Shown here: in pieces, positions 1-12,067 of the stretch
Position numbering within the stretch: position 1 is the first letter of the stretch
Layout: every line of letters begins with the position of its first letter
Assembly (NCBI GenBank): GCA_002269645.1
Contig: NIVC01001620.1
Coordinates: 62,001 to 126,000, forward strand
Source: Macrostomum lignano
Taxonomy: Eukaryota
Length of the DNA: 64,000 nt
Direction of reading: 5' to 3'
Position numbers and translations under genes: made by a program
Notes under the pieces: generated by a model
Seen by the model: only the letters and a program-made list of their open reading frames with translations
Told to the model about the DNA's origin: nothing
The model's database searches: none

Positions 1-566
1 CACAGCAGGCAGTCCACGTATCGACGGGTTCGGGCCTGACCCCGCCTGAACGGGCTCTGCAAGGTGAGCAGCAGGACGTCCTGAACAGGTTGGGGGCAGT
101 AGCCCTCGGCCCGGATCACGTGGCCCGCCAGTTGGAGTCGCCGTCGGCGCAGGATGGTGGACGGGCGCTGCAGCTTGGCCCGATCGTACAGGGCCTCGGT
201 CCCGACGCTCTCGTCAGCTCGAAAGGCCGCACGGAGCAGCCCTGAGTGCGCCGAGTCCAGCTGCCGCTCCAACGTAGCCGTCAGCGTCCACGTCTCGGCG
301 TTGTAGAGCAGGACGGTTTCGACCACCGCCTGCCACAGCCGAGCCCTCTGGCGGTCGGGCAGCGCTTCGGACTGGAGGACGGCTCGGATCGAACGAAAGG
401 CCGCCCAGGCAAGTCCTCTGCGCCGCCGGAGGTCTTCTTCCACGTGGGGCACCAGACCGCCGAGGTAGGTGAACCGCTGGCAGCGTGCGAGCCTGGTCGT
501 TTGCCCGTCTGCGCCGCGGCATGTCAGGTCTGCTGGGATGTCGGCCGGCACAGTCAGCACCTCGGT
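1..566 (-). mobile_element. RTE-clade non-LTR retrotransposon, C-terminal part of reverse transcriptase ORF; 5'-truncated at 566, continues off the window start
   Basis: Minus-strand frame reads without stops TEVL...QRFTYLGG...LAWAAF...VVETVLLYNAETWTLT...RRRRLQLAGHVIR, motifs typical of the RT thumb and downstream region of RTE-type LINEs. Confidence 0.85.
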
Positions 567-1950
567 TCACAATCCCCAAGATTCTCAATTCCCAAGATTC
601 TCAATCTCCAAGATTCAAAATCTCCAAGACATACAATCCCCAAGATTCTCAATTCCCAAGATTCTCAATTCCCAAGATTCTCAATTCCCAAGATTCTCAG
701 TTCCCAAGATTCTCAATTCTCAAGATTCTCAATCCCCAAGATTCAAAATCCCCAAGACATACAATCCCCAAGATTCTCAATTCCCAAGATTCTCAATCCC
801 CAAGACATACAATCCCCAAGATTCACAATCCCCAAGATTCTCAATTCCCAAGATTCTCAATTCCCAAGATTCTCAATCCCCAAGACATACAATCCCCAAG
901 ATTCTCAATCCCCAAGATTCAAAATCCCCAAGACATACAATCCCCAAGATTCTCAATTCCCAAGATTCTCAATCCCCAAGACATACAATCCCCAAGATTC
1001 ACAATCCCCAAGATTCTCAATTCCCAAGATTCTCAATTCCCAAGATTCTCAATCCCCAAGACATACAATCCCGAAGATTCACAATCCCCAAGATTCACAA
1101 TCCCCAAGATTCTCAATCCTCAAGATTCTCAATCCCCAAGATTCAAAATCCCCAGGACATACAATCCCCAAGATTCTCAATTCCCAAGATTCTCAATCCC
1201 CAAGATTCTCAATCCCCAAGATTCAAAATCCCCAAGACATACAATCCCCAAGATTCTCAATTCCCAAGATTCTCAATTCCCAAGATTCTCAATCCCCAAG
1301 ATTAGCAATCCCCAAGATTAACAATCCCCAAGATTCACAATCCCCAAGATTCACAATCCCCAAGATTCACTAATCCCCAAGATTCACAATCCCCAAGATT
1401 CACAATCCCCAAGATTCACTAATCCCCAAGATTCACAATCCCCAAGATTCACAATCCCCAAGATTCACTAATCCCCAAGATTCTCAATCCCCAAGAAATT
1501 CAATCACCAAGATTCTCAATCCCCAAGATTCACTAATCCCCAATATTCTCAATCCCCAATATTCTCAATCCCCAAGATTCACAATCCCCAAGACATTCAA
1601 TCCCCAAGATTCACAATCCCCAAGATTCACAATCCCCAAGATTAAAAATCCCCAAGATTAAAAATCCCCAAGATTAAAAATCCCCAATATTCTCAATCCC
1701 CAATATTCTCAATCCCCAAGATTAGAAATCCCCAAGATTCACTAATCCCCAAGATTCACTAATCCCCAATATTCTCAATCCCCAAGATTCAAAATCCCCA
1801 AGATTCACAATCCCTAAGATTCACAATCCCCAAGATTCACAATCCCCAAGATTCACAATCCCCAAGACATTCAATCCCCAATATTCTCAATCCCCAAGAT
1901 TCACAATCCCCAAGATTCACAATCCCCAAGATTCTCAATCCCCAAGACTC
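567..1950. repeat. 16-bp minisatellite (TCACAATCCCCAAGAT and variants)
   Basis: Visible 16-bp periodicity; the supplied ORFs here repeat every 16 aa (3 units). Confidence 0.97.
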
Positions 1951-2416
1951 TTAACTCACGAGCCCAAATTCTAAAACTGTCATGGCATCGTATCTGAGTC
2001 AATGTTGACTCTCCCAAAAACTCACGAATCGAACTGCAGCACTCTCATCAGCTGCAGCCGACTCACCAAACCCAGGAACCTATGTCTGCCAGTCGCGCCC
2101 ACAGGCCATCGCGCAGTGTCGTGGGTGAGTCACTAATTTTAGTGCCTAAGAACGGGATTTTCAGTGGCGGCATTTTTGGCAGCATCAATTAATAATTAAG
2201 AAGCTGGTCAAGACTGCACGGCCTCTTTGCGGTCATAAATGCATGCGTGAGCAGAGCCGGCGAAGCAAAGATCGCCATCGCATTCTGCTGAATTGCATCA
2301 GGGCGTGACCTGATTCGTTGGCTGTCTGACTCAGCAGGCATGTAGATTACAACTCGCTTGAAGGATAAAAAGGTATAGAAACTGACAAACACTTAAGTGA
2401 TTCACATATGAACTTC

Positions 2417-2950
2417 ATCATGAACTCCCTCATGAACTCCCTCATGAACTCCCTCATGAACTCCCTCATGAACTCCCTCATGAACTCCCTCATGAACTCC
2501 CCCATGAACTCCCTCATGAACTCCCTCATGAGGTCCCTCATGAACTCCCTCATGAACTTCCACATGAGCTCATGAACTCACTCATGAACTCACTCATGAA
2601 CTCACTCATGAACTCACTCATGAACTCACTCATGAACTCCCTCATGAACTCCCTCATGAACTCCCTCATGAACTCCCTCATGAACTCCCTCATGAACTCC
2701 CTCATGAACTCCCTCATGAACTTCCACATGAGCTCATGAAATCATTCATGAACTCACTCATGAACTCACTCATGAACTCACTCATGAACTCACTCATGAA
2801 CTCACTCACTCATGAACTCACTCTCTCACTTACTCATGAACTCACTCATGAACTCACTCATGGAATCACACATGAACTAATGAGCTCAATCATAAACTCT
2901 TAAACTAATTCATGAACTCACTCATCAACTCGCTCATCAACTCACTCATG
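2417..2950. repeat. 12-bp minisatellite (CATGAACTCCCT / CATGAACTCACT)
   Basis: Direct tandem units visible. Confidence 0.95.
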
Positions 2951-3266
2951 AGTTGATTGTTCATCCAATCATTTACTCATCTATCCCCTCTGCTTGCCCT
3001 AACTTCAGTGAAATTGCAATACCTAACCCAGTGCACTGCAGCAACATCAAGCATCCTCCAAACACTGATCTCTTTAAACAAGTTATTTAAAATTGGTTAA
3101 GTTATCAGGGAGATTTAACAGCAAAAGTTAACAGAAACGAAATTTACATGCCTTTTACTTCAGTATACGCTAATGCGCTACTTAGAGTAGCATTTTGTGA
3201 AAACATAAATAATATATATTGGATGAATAAAATTGTTCTAAGAGCACCAAATTTGCATAGCAACAG

Positions 3267-3926
3267 TCATCTCCGCGTGGCGGACTCCACGCCATACGCC
3301 AGGCAAGTTGGCAGCGGAAAAGGTCGTCGAATTGATCTGACCCTGGCCTCGTTGTCATAGCAACGGGCCGTTTCCGGCTGCTGCTGCGGCTGCGCCGGCG
3401 CCTGCGGCTGCGGCCTTGGCTCTCTCAGCAGCGGCACGAAGCAGGTTTTGCAGGCAGTTCTGCAGCGAACGAGCACTCGCAGTTGAGGCGGCTTCTGCTG
3501 TTGCTCTGGCGGCTGCAGCTCGGAGTTGAAACTGCCAGCCGGAGTCGGCGATAGTCGAGACGGCTCGCGCTGCCAGCCGCTGTAGTCGACGTGTCGAAAT
3601 CGAAGCTCCCGAGCCTTCTGTCGCAGGTCAAGGCCTCGGTTCTGAAGCCTCTTTAGGGCCTCAATCGGCTGCAGAACATTTTCAGTCTGTTGGCAATGCT
3701 GCTTTTGCTGTTGCTGCTGCACTTGGAACTGTGCCAGACTGCAGCGGTGTAGAGCACATTCGCGAGTGCGGAGAGGCTGCGGCTGCTGCTGCTGCTGCTG
3801 CATCTGGATCGCGGGAACTGACGGCGAAGTTCCTGGCCGCGCTCGAGTCTTCTTAGGCCGCTTGTGCAGGAAGTTCTTCGCTTGTGGAGTCGCCAAAGAC
3901 TCCAAGGAGAAATCGGCTGGGTCCAT
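3267..3926 (-). CDS. Gln-rich orphan ORF (219 aa), possibly the first coding exon of a spliced gene
   Basis: Non-repetitive GC-rich open frame, AAAAATG start, poly-Q tracts like those in the verified exons, TATA and CCAAT upstream; no recognisable domain. Confidence 0.5.
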   Translation of the reverse strand: MDPADFSLESLATPQAKNFLHKRPKKTRARPGTSPSVPAIQMQQQQQQPQPLRTRECALHRCSLAQFQVQQQQQKQHCQQTENVLQPIEALKRLQNRGLDLRQKARELRFRHVDYSGWQREPSRLSPTPAGSFNSELQPPEQQQKPPQLRVLVRCRTACKTCFVPLLREPRPQPQAPAQPQQQPETARCYDNEARVRSIRRPFPLPTCLAYGVESATRR

Positions 3927-4100
3927 TTTTGCCCTTGCCCAAGAAGTTGCCCTTGGAGGGGAGTTTTTCTTAGACCGGCTCTCTGCCGCTTGCTCAATAA
4001 TTTATCCCCAATGAGGAGGGGAACAGTTTCTTTACTTGCATTTTTCTCAATATTTTCTCAATTCTAAACTCTCGCGGCTGCTTAAGTTTCAGCATAGGTT

Positions 4101-4164
4101 TTTTTATAAACGACTCATTGTGTGCTCAAACAGCCGCCGCGTCCCCCCTCATTTATCGACCAAT
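4101..4164 (-). promoter_or_regulatory. Candidate core promoter for the 3926 ORF
   Basis: TATAAAAA on the minus strand at 4101-4108, CCAAT at 4160-4164, followed by a (CT)n(GT)n microsatellite at about 4190-4238. Confidence 0.35.
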
Positions 4165-4194
4165 CGGCCCGGCTCCCGGTGGAATCGCAGCTCT

Positions 4195-4236
<42 letters not shown>

Positions 4237-4399
4237 TCTTTAAGTATCTCCGACAGACACTTCAAAAAACGGGTATTCAATTTTGAGTGCTATATTATAG
4301 GAGGTGGCGAAGGGATGGCTCATGGACACCTTGACCTAGAATCTGGAGTAGAAACTCTGCCAAAGTCCTAGATATCATATATATGCAAGTTATAACAGA

Positions 4400-5060
4400 T
4401 ACACTCACGCTCACTCACTCACTTCCTCACTCACTCACCCATTCACTCATGAACTCACTCATGAACTCATTCATGAACTCACTCATGAACTCACCCATGA
4501 ACTCACTCACTCATAAACTCACTCATGAACTCACCCATGAACTCACTAATGACCTCACTCGTGAACTCATGAACTCACTAATGATCTCACTCATGAACTC
4601 ATGAACTCATTCATGAACTCACCCATGAACTCACCCACTCATAAACTCACTCATGAACTCACCCATGAACTCACTAATGACCTCACTCATGAACTCATGA
4701 ACTCACTAATGACCTCACTCATGAACTCATGAACTCACTCATGAACTCACCCATGAACTCACTCATGAACTCACCCATGAACTCACTAATGACCTCACTC
4801 ATGAACTCATGAACTCACTAATGACCTCACTCATGAACTCATGAACTCACTCATGAACTCACCCATGAACTCACTCACTCATAAACTCACTCATGAACTC
4901 ACCCATGAACTCACTAATGACCTCACTCATGAACTCATGAACTCACTCATGAACTCACCCATGAACTCACTCACTCATAAACTCACTCATGAACTCCCTC
5001 ATGAACTCATGAACGCACTGCACTTACTTACTCACTCACTCACTCATCAACTCATCAACT
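4400..5060. repeat. 12-bp minisatellite, same family as 2417-2950
   Basis: CATGAACTCACT/CATGAACTCACC units in the same orientation. Confidence 0.95.
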
Positions 5061-5590
5061 CACTAGCGCTTTGAATTTGATGATGCTTAACTGACTTAAG
5101 GGAGAATTTATTCAGATCTAAAATGAGATCAAAGCTGACAAATTTGAATTTCACCAAACTTGCCTATCTACTTCGTAAAAAATAAACGAAGGTGTAGGAC
5201 CTTAAACTGAGAGTTGTGAAGAAGAGTCAGTTACTCCAGACTCTGGTCTCCTTGGCCTCGCCTAGTGCCCCTGGACCCAGCCAGCCAGCCAGTTGAAGGG
5301 CTCCTATTGAGACTCAAGTGCCACCAGTCCAGGGACTCATGTGTAAAGAATTGGAAAAGACTATGCATGGGGACCGCTGCGTTTACTCAGTGTGCTCAAT
5401 CTCTTTCTATGATGTCATTGTGTGTCTGCTTCATTTCTAAGCTTACTGAGAGAGCAGCATCGACTGTAAGCGGATTGAGCACTAACAGAAAGGGAACCAT
5501 ATTTGAACTTCTGGACTTTCAATACGCATATAAATTTTGTAAGGCTTTCACGTGATCTCTGGAAAATTCCAGAATGTGAGAAACGATCAA

Positions 5591-6340
5591 CTAGCAATCT
5601 ACGCCCCCCGTTGGGGAGCAAAACAAAGAATGTAATAAAAAATTTACTGATAAACTACACGTAGCTTCTGACCTCTGCCTTTATATCTCAGCAATTCCCC
5701 CGTAAGCCTTGACATCTCAGCAATTCCCCCCGTAAGCCTTGACATATTAGCAATTCCCCCAGTAAGTCTTGACATCTCAGCAATTCCCCAAATAAGTCTT
5801 GACATCTCAGCAATTCCTCCAGTAAGTCTTGACATCTCAGAAATCCCCTCAGTAAGTCTTGACATCTCAGAAATCCCCCCAGTAAGTCTTGACATCTCAG
5901 AAATCCCCCCAGTAAGTCTTGACATCTCAGAAATTCCCCCAGTAATTCTTGACATCTCAGCAATTCCCCCAGTAAGTCTTGACATCTCAGAAATCCCCCA
6001 GTAAGTCTTGACATCTCAGAAATCCCCCCAGTAAGTCTTGACATCTCAGAAATCCCCCCAGTAAGTCTTGACATCTCAGAAATCCCCCCAGTAATTCTTG
6101 ACATCTCAGCAATTCCCCCAGTAAGTCTTGACATCTCAGAAATTCCCCCAGTAAGTCTTGACATCTCAGCAATTCCCCCAGTAAGTCTTGACATCTCAGA
6201 AATCCCCCCAGTAAGTCTTGACATCTCAGAAATCCCCCCAGTAAGTCTTGACATCTCAGAAATCCCCCCAGTAAGTCTTGACATCTCAGAAATTCCCCCG
6301 ATAGCACGTATCCCCCTGATAGCAAGCGCCCCCAGCACGA
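5591..6340 (-). mobile_element. Non-autonomous Helitron-like element with internal 30-bp tandem array
   Basis: Minus strand ends GCTCCCC-AAC-GGGGGGC hairpin, 8 nt, CTAG|T (5591-5594); a homologous terminus lies at 39859 and homology stops at CTAG; right boundary approximate. Confidence 0.6.
5685..6300. repeat. 30-bp minisatellite (GTAAGTCTTGACATCTCAGAAATCCCCCCA), about 20 copies
   Basis: 30-bp periodicity visible. Confidence 0.97.
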
Positions 6341-6419
6341 TAGTGCAACACTTCCCTCAGCTAGTGCAATAACTCCTTTCAGACATGTACGCCAGGGTTG
6401 GCCTCGTTGTTTATGCGCG

Positions 6420-6495
6420 GAAGTGTTCAACGGTGCTGTACAACGCCGAGTCCTGGACGCTGACCGAGACTCTCGAGAAGCAGCTCGACGCTCTG
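6420..6495 (+). mobile_element. Small RTE-type LINE fragment
   Basis: Translates TVLYNAESWTLTETLEKQLDA, closely matching VLLYNAETWTLTATLERQLDS in the element at 1-566. Confidence 0.7.
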
Positions 6496-6819
6496 TGGAT
6501 GCGAGACGACCGACGCCCTGACTTGGTTGAAGTCATAAAAAAAACAAATAGAATGGCTTTGGATTCTTACCTTCCTACTTATAGTAGCCGAAATAGAAAT
6601 TTCTCCCTTTAGAATAAGAACCAAATTCAATATACTTTTAAATCTACGTATTTTATGAAATATAATTGTTTTAAAACAAAAAATCTCTTTAAATTACTTG
6701 TGATAGGTACGCACTTCACGCAAAGAAAAGATTTTGAAGTGTTTAATGACTGAATAGAAAAAAATGAGGTGAGAAGAAAGAGATAAGAAGGGGCATATAA
6801 GAAGAGGGAAAAGAAGTAG

Positions 6820-7345
6820 AGGTAGATAAGAAGGGTTAGATAAAGAGAGGATAGATAAGGAGAGGGAGATAAGCAGAGGGGTAGATAAGGAGCAGGGAGA
6901 TAAGGAGAGGTAGAGAAGGAGAGGGGAGATTAGGAGAGCTAGAGAAGGAGAGGGAGATAAGGAGAGGTAGAGAAGGAGAGGGGAGATAAGGAGAGGTAGA
7001 GAAGGAGAGGGAGATAAGGAGAGGTAGTGAAGGAGAGGGGAGATAAGGAGAGGTAGAGAAGGAGAGGGAGATAAGCAGAGGTAGAGGAGGAGAGGGGAGA
7101 TAAGGAGAGCTAGAGAAGGAGAGGGGAGATAAGGAGAGGTAGAGAAGGAGAGGGAGATAAGGAGAGGTAGAGAAGGAGAGGGAGATAAGGAGAGGTAGAG
7201 AAGGAGAGGGGAGATAAGGAGAGGTAGAGAAGGAGAGGGAGATAAGGAGAGGTAGAGAAGGAGAGGGAGATAAGGAGAGGTAGAGAAGGAGAGGGGAGAT
7301 AAGGAGAGGTAGAGAAGGAGAGGGGAGATAAGGAGAGGTAGAGAA
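6820..7345. repeat. Purine-rich 28-29-bp minisatellite (GATAAGGAGAGGTAGAGAAGGAGAGGGGA)
   Basis: Tandem units visible. Confidence 0.93.
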
Positions 7346-7896
7346 GGAGAGGGTGACATTGAAAGTGAAAGAGACAATGCTAAGGAGAGTCAATGAGAGG
7401 ATACCTAAGAAGGGCAAAGTTTTTACCATTTTCCAGCGGAGAAAATGCCAAATAATTCGTGATTGAAAACACTAATCTAAAAGTTGGCATTTGACAACAT
7501 AAAATGCTGATAAAAAGGTATCAAGGGTTTGCAGCTCTCTTATAGAGAGTTTGATTCAATCCATAGATGAGGCTTTTTATTTGACAATCAGCCGTGCCCA
7601 TTGTTCGGCGGCAGGTCTGACTCTGGCTTGTCAGGCGGCTTACCCTTTCGTCTTTCTTCTTTTTTCGTTTCTTCTTTTCCACCTCAGCGCTGAGAGGTGC
7701 TCATCCTTCATCTTGCAGGCGTCAAAGCAAACTGCGATGGGGAAGGGGGAAGGGAGGGAGAGGGGAGCAGCGATGACGTCTAAAAAAATTACACGTGTCA
7801 GCTGTCAAAGTCAACTGGCTCTTTTAGAAGGATTGTTTGGACCCAGAAAGAGTCAGGTAAAAATGAGCGCAGGGTTGCTTGGGCTGGAGACAAGCT

Positions 7897-9740
7897 GGAG
7901 ACAGAGGAGTGAGAGAAGCCTTGAACATGTAGGACAGAGGAGTGACAGAAGCCTTGAACATGTAGGACAGAGGAGTGACACAAGCCTTGAACATGTAGGA
8001 CAGAGGAGTGACAGAAGCCTTGAACCTATAGGACAGAGGAGTGACAGAAGCCTTGAACCTATAGGAAAAAGGAGGGACAGAAGCCTTGAACATGTAGCAC
8101 AGAGGAGGGACAGAAGCCTTGAACATGTAGGACAGAGGAGTGACACAAGCCTTGAACCTGTAGGACAGAGGAGTGACACAAGCCTTGAACCTGTAGGACA
8201 GAGGAGGGACAGAAGCCCTTGAGCATGTAGAACAGAGGAATGACACAAGCGAACGAACCTGCAGACAGAGGAGTGACACAAGCGAACGAACCTGCAGACA
8301 GAGGAATGACACAAGCGAACGAACCTGCAGACAGAGGAATGACACAAGCGAACGAACCTGCAGACAGAGGAATGACACAAGCGAACGAACCTGCAGACAG
8401 AGGAATGACACAAGCGAACGAACCTGTAGGACAGAGGAGTGACACAAGCGAACGAACCTGCAGACAGAGGAGTGACACAAGCGAACGAACCTGCAGACAG
8501 AGGAATGACACAAGCGAACGAACCTGTAGGACAGAGGAGTGACACAAGCGAACGAACCTGCAGACAGAGGAGTGAAACAAGCGAACGAACCTGCAGACAG
8601 AGGAATGACACAAGCGAACGAACCTGCAGACAGAGGAGTGACACAAGCGAACGAACCTGCAGACAGAGGAATGACACAAGCGAACGAACCTGTAGGACAG
8701 AGGAGTGACACAAGCGAACGAACCTGCAGACAGAGGAATGACACAAGCGAACGAACCTGTAGGACAGAGGAGTGACACAAGCGAACGAACCTGCAGACAG
8801 AGGAGTGAAACAAGCGAACGAACCTGCAGACAGAGGAGTGAAACAAGCGAACGAACCTGCAGACAGAGGAATGACACAAGCGAACGAACCTGCAGACAGA
8901 GGAATGACACAAGCGAACGAACCTGCAGACAGAGGAGTGACACAAGCGAACGAACCTGTAGGACAGAGGAGTGACACAAGCGAACGAACCTGCAGACAGA
9001 GGAGTGACACAAGCGAACGAACCTGCAGACAGAGGAGTGAAACAAGCGAACGAACCTGTAGGACAGAGGAGTGACACAAGCGAACGAACCTGCAGACAGA
9101 GGAGTGACACAAGCGAACGAACCTGCAGACAGAGGAGTGACACAAGCGAACGAACCTGCAGACAGAGGAGTGAAACAAGCGAATGAACCTGCAGACAGAG
9201 GAATGACACAAGCGAACGAACCTGCAGACAGAGGAGTGACACAAGCGAACGAACCTGCAGACAGAGGAGTGAAACAAGCGAACGAACCTGCAGACAGAGG
9301 AGTGAAACAAGCGAACGAACCTGCAGACAGAGGAATGACACAAGCGAACGAACCTGCAGACAGAGGAATGACACAAGCGAACGAACCTGCAGACAGAGAA
9401 GTGACACAAGCGAACGAACCTGTAGGACAGAGGAGTGACACAAGCGAACGAACCTGCAGACAGAGGAGTGACACAAGCGAACGAACCTGCAGACAGAGGA
9501 GTGAAACAAGCGAACGAACCTGTAGGACAGAGGAGTGACACAAGCGAACGAACCTGCAGACAGAGGAGTGAAACAAACGAACGAACCTGCAGACAGAGGA
9601 GTGACACAAGCGAACGAACCTGCAGACAGAGGAGTGAAACAAGCGAACGAACCTGCAGACAGAGGAATGACACAAGCGAACGAACCTGCAGACAGAGGAG
9701 TGACACAAGCGAACGAACCTGCAGACAGAGGAGTGACAGA
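7897..9740. repeat. 33/34-bp minisatellite (GACAGAGGAGTGACACAAGCGAACGAACCTGCA)
   Basis: About 55 head-to-tail units, no unique spacers. Confidence 0.97.
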
Positions 9741-11224
9741 AGCACAGTCCAACCGATAGTGTTCGCACAAATTTGACCGAGAACTGATGCGCACCTGCCA
9801 CTACGATGATGCAGGTTGTATGCGACTCTTATTAATTGCAAAATTTACACACCTAGTAATTAATTAACGCAACGGGCTCGAGTTATGCTTAGATGGCTGT
9901 TGTGCCAGAGGGCGGAAAATTGCGGATAAGGCGGGGATCAGCGGGGGGGGGGGTCTGGGGTGGAGGGAATATGCGTGCCTGAGCACACCGAACTCAGAAT
10001 TTACTCAGGGAACTCACGGGTTATCAGTATCAATAATTCATTTTGTTCGTTAGCCGATGCCTCAGATGTAATTACAGGTTATTATATGAGGATTTGAGTG
10101 AAAGGGGATTAGCAACTTAAGTTGAAATCTGCCTTCCCAAGCCGCCAACCCATTCCCGTTACTTTGCTGCCCGCAGCTTCCGCTCGGATGGGCGGGGAAA
10201 AAAGCAGCCAGAGCTGCGGGACAGGAGCGGATGGAGCTAGCGAAGCTGGTCACAATGGCCACTCAGATGGATCCGGGATCTGCTGGAGCCCGCCGGAGCG
10301 GAGAAGCTGTCGAATGCGGAAACTCATTCTCTTTTGTGTGGGGATTGGGGGGGGAGAATGAAAGTGGGATCTGGGCCGGTTCGGGCCTCGGTTCGCTGCG
10401 CTCTCTCAAAGCGGCGCTGCGCAGAGGGCAGACTCGAGAGATTCTGCCACCCCAGCCTCTCAGCCTCATCCCCTTGGTGGCGGCTCAGGGGTGTGGAAGC
10501 GGCAAGCGGAAGAGGCCAGCAGCAATGAGAATGGCTGACGGAGGATTTGGTGTCGGGATGGCGGCGGTGAAACCGCGACAACTTCCTCATCAGCCTGATG
10601 GATGACGGAGGGGCGGGAGGCTGGGAGAAAAATCAGCACAGAAAAGATGAGGCGCTGGCCTAGGACTAAGCGAGAAGAATAAGTGTTTCCCACTGACAGA
10701 AGCGAGATATCCTCTCTATTATTTTTATCGCAAATTTTTTACGCCAATGGAGGGAGCCAGCATGCCTCAGCGGAGCAGCTTTAACGCCACAACAGGCGGA
10801 GTTTAACACCGAAAATTGGCCTATTATGGAAACCGCCTGCCTAACCAGCCTCACCTGCTTTCAGATCTGGCCTGCCCTGCCACCTTTTTAATCCTGCCGC
10901 CTTGCCGCCCCCGGCCGTGACGCCGGCACAATGGCCCTCCGCATAGGAAGTTGTTGGTTGTCGGGGCTGGCTGCAACCGTTGCTCACCCGCAGCCTCCCG
11001 TCTCAGACTGTGCGGCGCCACGGAGTGCCGGTCTCACTAAGTAAAAAATACATATCCACAGGATCACCGACCCCTCAATACAGATTGCTTCTCGATTCTC
11101 GGCTGACTTTTTGCGCCTGATATTGGAACAAGTGGATAGGTGGCAGCAGCTCTCTCACTGCAGTGTTGCGGTGCTCAGCTGCTTGACTTCCTGAGGCTTT
11201 GATTGACTTGTGAAAAATGTGCAT

Positions 11225-11745
11225 TGAAGCGCCTAATTGGACATCAGGGGCTCCAAATTGGACATCAGGGGACTCCAAATTGGACATCAGAGGGCGCCAG
11301 ATCGGACATCAGGGGCGCCAACTGGGACATCACGGGGCGCCGAATTGGACATCGGGGGCACCGAATCGGACATAATTGGGGCGTCAACTTGGAAATCAGG
11401 GGCGCCAACTTGGACATCATTAGGGCACCGAATCGGACATTATTGGGGCGCCGAATTCGACATCATTAGGGCGCCGAATTCGACATCATTGGGGCGCCAA
11501 ATTGGACATCATTAGGGCACCGAATAGGACATCATTGGGGCGCCAAATTGGACATTATTGGAGCGCCAAATTGGACATCATTGGGGCGCCAAATTGGACA
11601 TCATTGGCGCGCCAAATTGGACATCATTGGGGCGCCAAATTGGACATCATTGGGGCGCCGAATCGGACATCATTGGGGCGCCGAATCGGACATCATTGGG
11701 GCGCCGAATCGGACATCAGGGGAGGGGGCGCCAAATTGGACATTG
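11225..11745. repeat. 21-23-bp minisatellite (GGACATCATTGGGGCGCCAAATT)
   Basis: Tandem units visible, 21 bp at left and 23 bp at right. Confidence 0.92.
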
Positions 11746-12067
11746 GGACAGTAAAAATCAAGTAACTTGGTTAATTTTGAATCAAGGCATTGAGAACGAG
11801 TATTCTCCTAAGTAAGCAGCACAAAATTACTTCAGTCAACTAAAATGTGGATGATAAAAATAAATTCTATTTAGCTGAATATTATAATTCTCCAACAAAG
11901 AATGACAGAACGCCACATCCAGTCAAGTTAGCGTCCTACTCAAGCCTCATCTAAATCATGGGGGCTGACAAAGTCAACTTGCGTCAAACAGATTATTGTC
12001 TTCGCCTCGTCAGTCAAGCTCGGCCTCCCCGCCCGCTCAGCCGCTATCGTCGCCGCCTCGGCCGCTG

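Noticed and set aside
246-1373. Long ORFs of 278-375 aa
   Set aside because: Translations of a 16-bp repeat that happens to lack stops; open in several frames at once
7824-9841. 580-662 aa minus-strand ORFs; 33-bp units of CRISPR-like length
   Set aside because: Head-to-tail minisatellite with no unique spacers and no cas genes in a eukaryotic context; ORFs open in all three frames
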